From the NCBI GenBank assembly GCA_951406725.2, contig OX597815.1, positions 93,248,001 through 93,312,000 on the forward strand: 64,000 nt of DNA. Reading direction: 5' to 3'. Of this stretch, positions 33,300 through 47,600 are shown in pieces. Source of the DNA: Octopus vulgaris (lineage: Eukaryota). Each line of letters begins with the position of its first letter. Within the stretch, counting starts at the first letter, position 1. The notes beneath the pieces are model-generated. The model did not search any database. It had not been told where the DNA came from and saw only the letters and a program-made list of their open reading frames with translations. Both the position numbers and the translations under genes were made by a program.

Positions 33300-35650
33300 A
33301 CAAGCAACCATAAAATCTAAGTGAAAAATATAATCACAGTATGACATACTAAGATGTCAAGAAAATTTCTAAATGACCAATTCAAGGACTTAAAGCTGAG
33401 ACTGAAGAATTCTTGATTGAGATACAAAATCAAAGGCCTCCCACCAAAATCTACAAAATTATACAATAAAGCAAATACATGATATTATCATTAGCTGCCT
33501 ATTCAAAGTTAAGGGTTTCATATACTGGAAGTTATAGAAGCATGATGAAATACAAAGAGAAAATAGTATAAACATACACAATAAAAGATATGTGAGAACA
33601 ACAAAATAATCACATTGAAAGTCAATCCAGACAAAAGGAGGTCATAGCTAACCAACTGAATGTTGTTAAGAAGAACCACAAGGAAAGCAAGTGCTTCCCA
33701 ACTGATGTATAAAACAAACAATAATGTGCCATTAAAAGAAATGGAGAAATTATCCAGATATAAAGATTTGGACATGAAGATAAACAGAATGTGGAGAAAG
33801 GAAATAAAAAAAAAAACAATCTTTCTAATAAAAGACTGCACTAGGTGAATCAGTAGAAGCAGCCAAAAATTATGGGGAAAACAAAAACAAAGGAAGTAAA
33901 GACAGAAAGGAAGAAGATTGGAAAGTATCTTGGGTTGGTGAAGAAAACTAAGAAAACCTATGAGATGAGAGTGAAAGTTATCCCTGTGATCATTAGTAAC
34001 ACTGGGAAACACCAAAGTAGCTGTTGCTGAAAATAGGAAACACTGGAATTGAGACTTCTGACACCCAAATAGCAGAATTACTGGAAACAGTCATCTATTA
34101 CATAAGAATTTTGTGTAAAGTTTGTGAGATTTTAAGGGAGTTGCTGACACCAAATTTCAAGATATCACTTTTTCAGTACAGTCAACATGGAATTCTGTTA
34201 CAATAACTGTTTCTAAAATAGGCACAAAGTCTGGAATTTTCAGACAAAGTTAACCTCAATAGTATTCAACTCAGAGCATAAAGAACCAGAACAAATACCT
34301 CAAGGTATTTTCTCAGACACTATTATGTGTCTGCAAAGAAAAATATTTACAGGATCAAAAAATGTTTCTCTCTGTATAAGGAAACCATGAAATACAAACA
34401 ATAAAATACACTAAAGATTTAGATAAATACAAAGAACATTAAAAGAGACCCAAAAGAGACAAAATCACAATGGAATTCAAAACAATATACTGCAGGAAAG
34501 AAACAAACATTTAGAGAGATAAACCATTTCAAGGGCAATAACCAGCAAGTGAAAGCCCGAACTTTGTCATGGGTAAGAATAGGCAGCTAATGATAATGAT
34601 AATGACAGCAAAACTTGACAGAGAGAAAGTAAACCAGATCCAAAATTGGTACAAAAGTTTTGGGTTAAAAGCAGAAACAAAAAGTTTGTGTTTAGCTGCG
34701 CAGAACCAATACTTAATTTCAGATTAGTACAAAATTCAACCATTGACAAAAGATGCTATCAACAGGTGTAGACTATACAACCAGTGTAATGAGCATACTG
34801 TCTCCAGTTGCCCAGTTTTTGTCAAGTTCAAATATATTCAGTGACATAATCAAGTCAGCATATTATGTCTACTGGGCAATAAATATGTTGGTATTTTGAC
34901 ATTAAACTGGAGAGGAATTAGCATGCATAAACACATACCAGAGACAGTACGTAATAACAACTTAAACATAATTATCTTGAACATGTTGCAGTATGAGTGT
35001 GACTGTGTGGTAAGAAATTTGCTTCCCAACTACATGGTTCCAAGCTCAGTCCCATTGCATGGCAACTTGGGAAAGCATCTTCTGCTATAGCCTTGACCTG
35101 ACTAAAGCCTTGTAAGTGGATTTGGTGAGTGGAAACTGAAAGAATCCCATCACATATATATGTGTATGTGTTTGTGTGTCTCTGTCCCACCACCACTTGA
35201 TAACAAGTGTTGGTGTGTTTACATCCCCAGCAAAAGAGACCAATATAATAAGTACCAGGCTTTAAAAAAATGCTGGGAGTTGATTCATTTCACTTAAAGT
35301 TCTTTAAGGTGGTGCCCTCATACAGTCTAGTGACTGAAACAAGTAAAAGATAAAAGCTGCCAACATGCCTATCCAGATTAACAAAGAGAACCAAGGCAAA
35401 CTGTTCAAATAAAATAGACATGAACTGAAAAGTAAAGGTCTGTACTCTAACAGATATCTTTAGTGTCATGCTAAAACATTACCTAAGAGAGGGAGATAAA
35501 ATGTCAGAGCACAAGGATCTGGAAACTGAAATAAGCAGGGTGGAAGAAAGTAACCAGTAATAATTGAAGCAATATGATATATATATAAACCATCCCAGGG
35601 TTCACAGTCAAAATTGAGAGCCCTACTGGTACAAACCATTCACCATATAT
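33300..35650 (+). mobile_element. Decayed R4/NeSL-like non-LTR remnants (restriction-like endonuclease C-terminus); at least two fragments, interrupted by a SINE
   Basis: Remnants LKAETEEFLIEIQNQ, IQT..EVIANQ.NVV (PD motif), EKLSRYKDL, KVIPVII..G, H.VSSCPV...YIQ*HNQV. Confidence 0.65.
34990..35355 (+). mobile_element. tRNA-derived SINE (39859 family)
   Basis: gtggtaagaaatttgcttcccaac...gtggatttggt...aataagtaccaggc...tgactgaaacaagtaaaagataa. Confidence 0.8.
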
Positions 35651-36861
35651 AAGAGACTTTTAATTCAATACCACAATTCAAATACTATATTCTCTGCATG
35701 TAATACATAATCTACACAATCACCACTTAGTACAATAACACAATATTTAATTTTACATAATCAATACTTGACACTATAAAACCCAAAACTCAGTTGCTAT
35801 CCAATAATATAACACATCTCACAAAGCACATACTCCATAGTTTCACTGCCCAACACTAAAACACATAACATTGATCACGCAGCACACAAAAAGCATAAGT
35901 ATCACCCAAGAAAATAACTTAATTCACACAACTATGCAAAACTGATGTACTTGGCACTCTATTGAATCTATCAGTCCCTCACTCTTAATAATAAGGATTT
36001 CTTTCATAAATAAGGATTTGCAAAACAAGTCATTTAAAATTATTATGACGAAAATATTTCTTGCGATGGTACAGGACCAAAAGTTTGTGAGAAATTTATA
36101 ATAAATTGCATCAGATCCATTAGCATATATTTTATTGATTACAAAGAAAACTGATCCTCAGCAGAATTTGACCTCAGAACCTAAATGAGCATAATAAAAT
36201 ACCAGAGTGTCTGAACTATAACTAAAAGCTACACTTTTACTCCAATACTTTGCTCTACTCTGCCACTCATAATGATTTTTATTTAATAGTGTCCCAAGGC
36301 CATACACTGCAAGTGGGGACAGCTGATTAAATCTACTCCATAGCTGACTGGTTCTTTTTTTTATTGACAATAGAAGTGTGAAAAGCAAACCTAACCCCAG
36401 CAGGATTTCAACATAGAACAAGTTCTGTCTTAGGCATAAACAACAAATTTGGGGGCAATACTCAACTAGTTATTTTAAATATCAGCTAGAGAGGAAAGAA
36501 ATATGTGAAGCTGATGCCAGGTGGATAAGAAATCACTCAATATTAAGAACACTATACCTCCATCTCAATCCAAAACAAACATACAACAAAATAAAGCCAC
36601 ACAAAAATAGCATCAGCAGCTTCATTAACATAAACGCCAAGCACTTTACTACAGAGATATACACCATCAGAGATAAGAACTATAGACAGTAACTGCCACA
36701 CCCACACTGAGTGATTTGATGATGTAGGAGACAAAGGAATGCTCACACACACACATTCTGTTTGACAATCAGCGACATAAATCTCAGAGTTATAAATATG
36801 AACTTTCAGCTTAATAAATACACAATATTTTGACAATCTATATCCAATCTCAAGTAGTTCA

Positions 36862-36862
<1 letters not shown>

Positions 36863-36916
<54 letters not shown>
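36863..36916. repeat. (GT)n microsatellite
   Basis: Pure TG run. Confidence 0.95.
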
Positions 36917-36917
<1 letters not shown>

Positions 36918-39858
36918 ATGCACACATACCTGCACCTGTATGTATTTATTTAGACACACAAACATAGGTGAATGGTAGGTGAAAGGATCAGAAAATAGGT
37001 AGAGGGTTCAACTTGACAGAAATTGAAGCACTACAAATATATCAGATTATGGAGTACAGGGGATCAAGAAAGTATCACAAGCAGAATAATACAATTGGAA
37101 ATATTTACCTAGTATTAGTAAATTATCTTGTATCTAAACACACACACACAGAAGATAAGTATATGAAGAGAAGAGCATTAAATTTTACACTGTGTATTTA
37201 TTTTTTGTAATTTATCATTCACGGTTAAACAACAAATACATACACACAAGCAACAGAATTAGAGGAGATTACATTTTTCATATAGATATACAAATCATGT
37301 GGGTGTGTGTGTGTGAGAGAGAGAGAGAGAGCACCTATGTGTGGGTTCTAGGTATGAATATCTCATAACATTGTCCCTGGTAGTTGTGATAGTACACACA
37401 GCTTGTTAGAAAATCTAGAAAAAATATAAAACAACTACACAAGAAATTCATTCAAATAATGACAATGATGATAGTGGTGGTGGTAATGATGGTGATGAGT
37501 ACAAAGTGTGATCAATGCTTTCTGTTATATTCCATAAATATTAAAAAGTAATAAACCATGGAATCCCAGCGATATTGGTCAAAGTATCTCTAATAATATC
37601 ATTTCTTCTCCAGTGAGCTTTTGTAGTAGTAGCAGAGCCACAGAAAATGAATTGTTCATTATAGTATACAGTACATATGTTTAGTTCACCTTTAGTACTA
37701 TTTGAAGAGTTAATCTTTAGAAAAAAAACAACAGCTTTCTAATCCGGCTTAATGATTGTTTCATACGATTATGGATCAAGAAAAGTGGCATTAGTGTAAG
37801 AACATCAGCAAAAGATACAATAGTAATAAATATGCCAACGCCTTTATCCAATTTAAAGAATAATATATATATATATCTTTGGATCAAAAACCAAAGATTT
37901 TTCTTCAATTTTTATAAGCTAGGAATATAAAAAATGCTCCATCATTATCAACTCATTCCTAACAGTAATAATAACATTTAATAATGGTGAATAAGTGACC
38001 TGGTATGGGACCATAGTATTTGAGCAGTACTTATTTATTTACCCAAGACGGATGACAAGGCAAATCTGACCCCAGTAGATTTGAACTCAGAATGCAACAA
38101 AAGACTAAAAGCATTTTACCCTTAATTCCACCAACTGTACTACTCTAGTACCTTCTCTGCTTTTTAGATTGCTTGAAATTTAGGCACGAAATCCAAAATT
38201 TTGAAGGAGAGAGTTAGTCAATACCATTAACACCAGTGGGTTGATGGTACTTTATTTTATTGACCTTAGAAGAGTGAACGACAAAACCTTAAGAAGCATT
38301 TGAACTCAACATGAAGAGCCAGAAGAATCCTGCCAATAAATGCTTAAATTTTCTATTTTCATTTTTATACTTTCTAAATATTAGGTATTTTGAATTCAGT
38401 AAAACAAGACAAAGAAAGACTAAGAAATGATTATGTGGGAGAAATTGTAAATAACTTGACAGAAGAGAATTTCAGTTGGAGAACCGCGTGTTTCATTCAT
38501 ATATTTACAAATTAACAATAGAATTAAGACATTGGTACAATTTGAAAAACCCTTGATTAACACCCACAAGTTTCTTCCCACTAGTTGAATCAGTGCTGAA
38601 CTAAAATGTAACTTGATGATATATGGCATTGTAATTTCTCACTAGCTTGTTTTACAAAGACATGGTTATGACTCATTTGACTTCTCCAATAAATAGTTCC
38701 ATATAAATAGGACTTCAGAGTTTAATGACACAAACAGGTTTCTTATAAAATAATATTGTGCTTTAGTAATTTGTAGAAACCTCCACAAGCTAATTCCTTA
38801 AAAATAGCTACACATTTCTTTAGAAAATTCCACAAAGCTCATTCCTTAAAAATAGTAACATACTGTTTCTGTATGTAGTGTTTGAAAACACTAGACATGA
38901 TATAATAATTCTATATTGAGCTTGCTATATTTTATGTGTAGCTTTCATGAGAATAACTTAAAATATTTCATCGTAATACAGTTGAATAGTGTTTTGTTGA
39001 TCTGAACACAATATAGGTTAGCACTTCATCTTTTGTCTAGGTGTATGCATGTGTCTATACCAACTAACAGAAATGAAAATAGATGTAGATGAATAAATAA
39101 CCTTTACAATGGTATCAAGTTGTAAAGACACTGCATGGTGATGAAACTAACAGCTTCGCATAAATATGTAGTTTACAGTAAAACAGATTGCACAGTAGGA
39201 AAGAAAGAATGAAATGTCTTGTTGGCAACACTTAAGAAAATACAAGAAAACTTATATCGAACTTGTGTACTAAATATTATTTTTTCTTAAAGGAGATGGA
39301 GAAAGAAAGAGAGAGAGAGGATTATCCAGGAAACTAAAATAACTAGAATGGGTTAATAGCTAACTATAAGTACTAAAATATAAGAAAGAATATAATTAAT
39401 CTATGATAGGTGAGAATTCACTAAGAAAGAGTGATCTGTAGGGTATTAGAGATAGTTAATAAATGTATATCTATAAAAGTATGTCACAAGGATTATTATT
39501 ATTGTTGTTGTTGTTGTTGTTACTGATTTAGGTGCAACATTAATGATGCATTGATAATCTTAGTTTTACGGAAACAAATCTAGATAAAGAGATGTTGAGT
39601 GCATTATATATGACAAGCTAAAATACTTAGTGTTGTACAGGTTAACATACAATGTTCATTGATAAACAAAGAAGTCTCAAACTAAGTAACATCTACATCT
39701 TTCTCATCATTATTACTTTGGATTTCTGTTTCAACCAGAGGAAATTTCAACTCTGTCTGTCTGTCTGTGCGTGCGTGCATGTGAATTGATTTTAATTTTT
39801 AAAATCTTTTCTCTTTTTAACTTTAACTAAACCTTAAGCTTAAGTCCTAACCATAATA

Positions 39859-40019
39859 GGCACAGGAGTGGCTCAATGCTAAGTAGCTTGCTTACCAACC
39901 ACATGGTTCCGGGTTCAGTCCCACTGCATGGCACTTTGGGCAAGTGTCTTCTACTATAGCCTCAGGCCAACCAAAGCCTTGTGAGTGGATTTGGTAGGCA
40001 GAAACTGAAAGAAGCCCGT

Positions 40020-40064
<45 letters not shown>

Positions 40065-40273
40065 GCATATATTTGGGGATCTGTATTTGTCCCTGCAACA
40101 TCGCTTGACAGAAGATGGTGGTGTGTTTATGTCCCCGTAACTTAGCAGTTCAGCAAAAGAGACAGATAGAATAAGTACTAGGCTTACAGAGAATAAGTCC
40201 TGGAGTCGATTTGCTTGACTAAAGGCAGTGCTCCAATATGGCCGCAGTCAAATGACTGAAACAAGTAAAAGAG
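39859..40273 (+). mobile_element. Well-preserved tRNA-derived SINE with central (TA)n
   Basis: ggcacaggagtggctcaatgctaag (A-box-like), gggttcagtccc (B-box-like), central microsatellite, 3' tail ...aaatgactgaaacaagtaaaagag. Confidence 0.88.
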
Positions 40274-40384
40274 TATAATGCTATGCCCTAATCACAACTC
40301 TAAACCCCAAACCAAAATATTTGATCATTTTTTTCTAGACCTATAATCTCCTATGTAACTCTATAATTTTGAAAAATCATCATT

Positions 40385-40625
40385 GTTATCATTTAATATC
40401 AGTTTTCCATGCTAGAAAGGGTCTGACAGGAGCTAGCCAGCCAGAGAGCTGCACCAGCTTCATCTGTCTGTTTTGACATAGTTTCTATGGCTGGATGCCC
40501 TTCCTAATACCAACCACTTTACAGAGCATACTGGGTACTTTTTATGTGGCACCAGCGTGGGTCCTTTAAATGTAGCATCAGCACTGGTGCTTTATGTGTG
40601 GCACCAGCATGGGTGCTTTCTATAT
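40385..40625 (-). mobile_element. RTE-tail SINE-like repeat
   Basis: ggctggatgcccttcctaataccaacc...gtggcaccagc is the reverse complement of the tail module. Confidence 0.75.
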
Positions 40626-41267
40626 GGAACTGACTGGGGTAATTTTTACATGACAGCAGCACAAATGCTTTTAACACAGCACAATCATGGGAGACAGGTA
40701 TACAAGCTTGCCAGGATACAAACCTGAAATCTTCTGATCTATAGTCAGATGTGTTATACAAACATGACTAGATATTCCTAGACATAAACAAAGAGACCAA
40801 CAAGGCTAGAAGAATGGAAGATAAAAACACCTGATGTCAAATAAGTCAGTGTTGAATCAGCAATGCCAAATAGGCAATGATAAAATGGCTGTACCAAAAT
40901 GTCTCATACCCCCATTCAGAAGAGACCTTTAATGACAAGCGACTTTTTGAAAAATGAAATAATGTAGACAGCAATGGCCAATAAAGAGAAAAACATTTCA
41001 AAACTAATTTGAAAATTTATAAAAAGACATATATTGTACACTACAAAATAGACAAAAGGGAGACGTTAATGGAAGAATTGAACTTTTCTGTTTCTCTATA
41101 ATCATGATCTCCATCGCTGGTGCTTAAATCAAAAATATGAAAAAAATTAGGGAGAAAAAGTTGTGGGTGATGCTAAGTCTGAAACTAGCATACAATACAA
41201 GGTCAATGGATGCCCCAGCCTTCTATCATTGCACAAATGTGGAGCACACAAGATTCTAGGAAGAAAA

Positions 41268-41490
41268 CTGGTTTCAAATTTCAGCACAAGGCCAGCAATT
41301 TTAGGAAGATTAGGTAGGGAGTCAATTACACTGACCCTAGTACTCAACTGGTACTTATTTTATCAAACCTGAAAGGATGAAAGGCAAAGTCAACCTCAAC
41401 AGCATTTGAACTTGGAACATGAAGCTGTAAAAATATGCTGTTAAGCATTTTGTCTGGCCTGCTATGATTCTGCCACCTCAGCACCGACAA
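41268..41490 (-). mobile_element. tRNA-derived SINE (22239 family)
   Basis: ctggtacttattttatcaaacctgaaaggatgaaaggcaaagtcaacc core. Confidence 0.78.
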
Positions 41491-44379
41491 AGAATAATAA
41501 GATTTCTATTTTTTGGTATTAGTCTGTGATAGTACACCAGGTAATTCTAGCTTGTTGAAACACTTGCAATGCTACTTCACAGTTTCTTTGGACAGTGCCT
41601 ACATACTTATACATGATTTTATCCCATGCAATTGTTGATTCACTGAAGCATTAATTCCATGAGTCTACACCATGGAGTGCGGAATATTAGAGAGGGGGGG
41701 GGCAGGCAGGTATGCATGATGGAAATCAACTTGTGTCTAACTATGATAACTTCTTGGAAAGTTGTAAATTTCCTGGATGTTACTATGGATTACAAAGATA
41801 GGGGACAACTGCAAAGGTTGCTGACCAGTTACAGAATTAGGCAAGCTTTGTTTAAACCAGCTTTTCTCAATCCTTTCTGTTATTCATGGTGTTACTGATC
41901 TCTCCTTTACTTTAGTTTGGAAAAGAAGTGATTAATATCGCAAGCTACCTACACAAAGGTTGGAAATTACATACTTCAAGCTGCTCAAGCGTGTTATGTT
42001 CCATTACTCTTCACTGCCACAGGACTTTGTGAGAGATCCTTGTGTGTTTTCCAAGAAGTTCTCATGTGTGAAATGGATATGAGTGAGTGAAGTAGGCATA
42101 GAACTGCACTCACTTTTCAGGTAGAAGAGCTTTCCTCTTAGTGGCCCATTATTGGCTCATAAGCTCACATCCTGTATCTGTTTATTGCTCTGTGTATTAT
42201 AAGCATATGTGTGTGAACATATGTACATGTGAGTTTCTGCACAAAGACATGCACAAATGCATAGATATACATGCACACACATATACATATATGTACACAA
42301 ATGTACACAGGGCTACTAAGTTGAATGGCTATATAGTGGCTGTTGTTTCATTACCTACCACTATCACTCATTCACAAACTCCACTTCCTTTATCTCCAAT
42401 CTCTAAACTCAACTTGAAATTGCATCCATTTCACACCAACTCTCAGGGCCTTCACAACATTCTTTTGACAGAAGAGTGGCCAAGTTCAATTTTACAAATA
42501 TTAAAATAACTATATAAAATAATTAGCAGAGACAGTGTTGAAGTAGGAGGTTATCAAACAACAAATAAAGTGAATGTGTATGTAAGTGGCAGTAAGACAT
42601 TTTTGTTTCATTCTCAATAATTATGAAAGCCACCATGCTTGATGAGTAGTATAACACACACCTGTGTGTGTGCGTGTGTATCTCTGTTGTTGATTTCAAT
42701 GATGAGTAGTTAGTGACTTGATCAACTAAACTCTGTACTTAATCTATTAGCTAATAATTATTCCACAGAATCAGTTCAATACCCTTGAATTAAAATACAA
42801 TCCAACCAATAGAGTTCTAAATATTTTGCACTGAACCAATTTCATGTACTACAAAACTTTAGTTGAACTGAGGCTACAGTAAATGACACTTGCTCAAGAT
42901 TCATGCAATGGGATTGAACCTGAAACTTTGTTATTGCAAAGCAAACTTCTTAACTGTTCAGTATTAATGTTTGCCTGAATGATTTAATTACACACGCACA
43001 TACACACATGGATATAAAATAAAGATGATTATGGTGTGTGTGTGTGTGTGTGTGTGTGCGCATGCATATACTTGAATATAGTCAGCTGTAAGCAATGACA
43101 AAATGCCTGAACAGTTAATGTAGCGAAATTTCCTAAATGCTATAGAGGAAAAAAAAAAAAAAAATGTTTAGACAGGTGGCAGAATAAAGGCTAAATCTTT
43201 AGGTCATTATTAGGAAGCTGTTTATGCATGGTGGCAAAAAATAGAAGAGGAAGGAACTTAATTTTGTAATTTTCTGGGCATGTAAACTAGTTGGAATGTA
43301 GTAACAACAACACAACTACAACAAGAACAAAGCCGCTTCATTGAGGATGGTTAATGAGCACAGCAGGGAAGTATAGAAAATCAGACAGGAACTGATTGCC
43401 CTTCCAGAAGGAACTGAGAAAAGGAACATTTTTCAGACATCATGACGCTATCTTCTTCAAAGGTGGATAATTAAATATTTGTAGATGCCATTCATTACAT
43501 GTTTGTTCTGTTGTGCCTAACATCTGAACCTAGCAAAGCCATGGCTCAAATATTTATATCAGCCCCACCCCTTCCACCACCATTCAGACTAATAGAATAT
43601 TTCAGTATAAACAGAAGAGTTTGACTGTTGTTAATGATGAAGATTCTGACTTTTTTATTTCCTTTTGTTTAATGATTTATTTAGGAGGAAAGGCAGTGCT
43701 CATTGTCCTTTACAGAGCTTGTGATGGTGACAAGGAGGGAGGTATTAAACACCGGAAGTCTGGCCCAGATGCTTGCAACAAAATAGATTCAGCTATACCC
43801 ACAGATCAAGTGGTGGTGTTCAAGTGAGAAACAGATTGATCAACTACCATTCTGTTAGACCCCTATGTTTTCATGGGAGATTGCAAACAAACAACACAGC
43901 TTGCAGGACACTGATTTTTGTTTACAATTAGCATGACTAAGAGCCAAAAACATGCATGTGCTCTCTCTTTCACACACACACACATTTCTATACTGTTTCT
44001 GTTCACTAAATTCAATCACAAGACATTGGTCAACAGCAACCATCAAGTTACAGAGTGTGGAACCCTATCAAAGGCCCTCACCAGGTCAACAAATGCTAGG
44101 TATAAGGGCTTACTTGTAAGAAAGTAATTCTACAGTTGTCTCACTAGGAAAGTAGCATTTGTGGTACTTCTTCCTGGTATAAAGCCTAAGTACACTTCAT
44201 CTAAGCTACTTCTGTTCCTCATCAACTATATTATATACCTATCCATAACTTTCATAACCTAGTCCAACAATGTAAAGCCTTTCCAATTGCTTCTCTCTAG
44301 TGCATCTCTTTTGACAGTAAAACTGTTTTATCAACCATAGCTTATGTAAGAATTAGCACTTCCTTCTCAAAGCTTGGAT

Positions 44380-44675
44380 TCGAAATCAGACCCAAGAATC
44401 ATTGGTCGTAAAATACCAATGCACAAAAAGGCGCGAAATCAGAATCTCTTTGTTCTGACAAAAAATGATGGATCGTCTCCCTTCGACCTCTGACCCGAGC
44501 AGGTCAGGCGAAGTTTAACAGGACGACCAGCGACCTACTTTAATGATAACTCTCTTGCGGTATATCTATTTTTCTGGCTATTTGAGATGTTATAAATAGA
44601 ACGGAGAAATAGGTATCTAGAGAGAACCCGAATCAACGTTTAAGAGAACGCCACGCATTTATGAGGACGACGAAA
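44380..44675. promoter_or_regulatory. CpG-rich segment, candidate unmethylated regulatory island
   Basis: About 18 CpG in ~295 bp (manual count) in a CpG-poor window; ATTGG 44401, CCAAT 44416, GGCGCGAAA 44430. Confidence 0.35.
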
Positions 44676-47600
44676 GAATATTCAGAAAGGTGACTCTGTC
44701 ATGCATGATTTACACACACGCACACACACACACCATCAAACATATTCTGCTTTAATGTGTATCCTGTATTATGCATTCCTTTAATATGTATTATTTGCAA
44801 CCACTATTTAATATGCATTTTGTACAAGCGATGTGTAACATTGCTTACAAATTGATGTAGTGATAATAAATCTTTAATTTATTACAAAGCACTTATGTAT
44901 TTATTAATACATCCACGCATCCACTACACTTATGACCCTTTCTGCAATACCTAACTGACTATGTATTTCACCTCAACAAACATTTGGCTCTGGAATCATC
45001 CCACTGTTTAAAAGGAACAGTTTGAAGTTTATGAAACCCTCAAGTGCCACAAATGAAAGTTTTGTTAGTGTTTTTCTCATAGTTTCAAAGGTCAGATAAT
45101 AGCTTCCTCCCAACAAAATCGGTTATCTTGTCCTTCCTCCTCTGGCTAAACCATAACATAAAATATTTTCTCACTTTACTTAATTTACTGTGTAAAGGTA
45201 TTCTATTTTCTTGTGAGGTCATACCTTTCTTCTTTTAAGAAGTTGAACGGTATGAGAGTGAGAGAGAGGGAGGGAGAGAACAGAGGGGGGGGGGGGTAAA
45301 GAGAGCAGAGAAGAAGAATTATTTACATTTCAACAGAACCATAAAAACAGAAGTTACTGACAAAGTTAAAGTTCCAAAAGTAGATTATTTTTAAAGTTCT
45401 TGAAAAGTTACTAAATTGTAGCTAATGACAAGATGTCACAAATAATTAATGCCACATGATACAGAATCCCATAATGTTGCTATTAGCAAAGATATAAAGA
45501 GAAAATTGTTGTCAGATAAATCACAGTTGTTAACTCTATCAGTATAAGGCAACCAACCTAATGATATTATAATTGAAATAGAAAATGTTGAAAGAGAGAT
45601 TTCATATTCAGTATCCTAAGATATCAGCAACTTTGATATTCCAAGATCTTTATAACTTTCTATAGAAGAGAAGTAAAACCAAGTATGAAATCCTTTCCTC
45701 AATCCTGATTTCACTCCAGTTACATTGCTAACACAGACCAGAAATATGAGAAGCTTAATGAATTAACAATGTAGCCTCATTTATTCTACTAGAAAAAACA
45801 GTGAAATCTCACTCAAATCATATCCTATAATTTTTAAAAAGAAAACATTGGATAATATTGTCCTTAGATGACTTAAAAAGGTAGAATGATTAGAGTTGGA
45901 ACTCCTTTGATCATAGGTCTGTTCAGTCAAGCAGTTAAGTGTTGCCTAGGACTAAATGTCTAGGGACACTAAACAACCTCATATTTCCCTCTCATATAAA
46001 TCATAAGCCTGCAGTTTTTCTTATATCCAAGTTATGAAATGGTCAAAAATGGCATGGCACTACCAATTCAGTGGTTGACAGTTCATGATTCTTTATTCCA
46101 ATATTTCTTGATTTCAGTTCAACCATTACCCTACACATTACAATCATCTTCCAGCATGTTAGTCATTCTGACACAAATCTCGTGCTTTCTATCACAAACT
46201 CCTACCACACTCCAAATTTTTGTTTTTTTAAAAAAATTGGTGCTTGTATTTACATAGAATCTAATTTCTCCACAATACCGACAAAGACCCGATTACTTTC
46301 TTAGGCCTCCCTGTTCTCTACTATATTCTAAACTTTCTCTCAAGCAATGAGACACTGCATACAATCTATCTCAGCCTACCTAACTGCTAGAAATGTAGAC
46401 TACCAGTAGAATAGCTGTGTATCCAGAGAAGGAAGGGCATGTTGTCTCACACCAAGTTACACTATTGTCAGAAACATCATTGAAAAGCTTGCAAACTACA
46501 AACATTAATGAGGTAGCAGAAATGCTAAAATGCCAAAAAGAATCTCTCTACATTTTCAAACCAAATCCCACCTCTTACTCCCATATCAACTTGTGTCTGT
46601 GTACCAATTTGAACAATCAATACTATAAAGGTTAAGATACAGACATAAAGAATAAACTCAAGTAACTAGCTCTTGGTGACCAGACATTAATATGCAAGCA
46701 TTGTATAGTAATAAACTTCAATTACTGACTTCTCAAAGAATATTCAATAAAGCCTTCAAAGAAGGCCACACCATCGAGGTTGGGTGGGTACAAGAGGAGC
46801 AGGAAAACTTCTGTTTATGAGATATTTAATTCAGTTTATGATTTCAATGAAGATAATAAAATCTTCAGAAACTATCATTTTGTTTTTGATATTTATAACA
46901 ACAAAACTGATTTATGATTGGACAACTAAACAAGTCCCATTAACATATAATATTATCTTGCTATAAATCCACTAAAATATTCTTACGTTTCTTTACTTCA
47001 TACATTTTTTAGCTCATGCATAACAGTTCTATTACAAAGGTTGGGAGAGTGAGATAGTTGAAAAGCCAGGGATCTTCTTTCTGTTCATAGTATCATAGTA
47101 ATAAATCGTAAACTTGTGCACATCATAGGAAACCATTTTATCTAAGTTGCCAGTTTATGATAGCAACTATTTGAACACCTCACACACTGGATTCCATGTT
47201 GGATATGTTTTTTTTTTTAAAACATTAACTACAGCATCTTCAAGAGAAATTTGTTCCCATTCACACATCTACATTACTCTGCATATCTCATTCCATACTA
47301 ACACTATCTTCATCTCTGTTAGACTGATATATAACACAATACAGATGTGTGTATGTGTTTGTTTGTTATTGGTGGTTAGGACAACCTTGGTTAAGCAAAC
47401 ATATGGTCAAAACTGTTCCAGCCTTGAACATTCCATTTGTTTAAGGGTATACAGAACTACATTAATTAATAACTCCTTTCTTTATTAAAGACAGCAGAGT
47501 ATAACTGGAAAGAAGTTTAGTTGCTATTTCAAGCAGGTTGAAGAATATATAAAAGCTCCTTCATTCATTTATTTGCACATGTGTATGTCATTTAGGTGAT

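Noticed and set aside
36552-36965. 137-aa minus-strand ORF ending near ATGGAG|GTATAG as a possible alternative first exon
   Set aside because: Runs through a (CA)n repeat; weak donor, and phase 0 is incompatible with the phase-1 exon at 32640
37690-37714. Possible 25-nt micro-exon (ttttttttctaaag|ATTAAC...AAAG|gtgaac, INSSNSTK)
   Set aside because: Phase could fit, but both splice sites are weak and there is no recognisable Trio similarity; expected by chance in 31 kb
39859-39935. tRNA gene candidates
   Set aside because: A/B-box-like heads continue into SINE bodies; no complete cloverleaf or oligo-T terminator
43535-43572. Minus-strand GC-box + TATAAATA + gccATGG
   Set aside because: TATA only ~10 nt from the ATG, and the ORF stops after 15 codons
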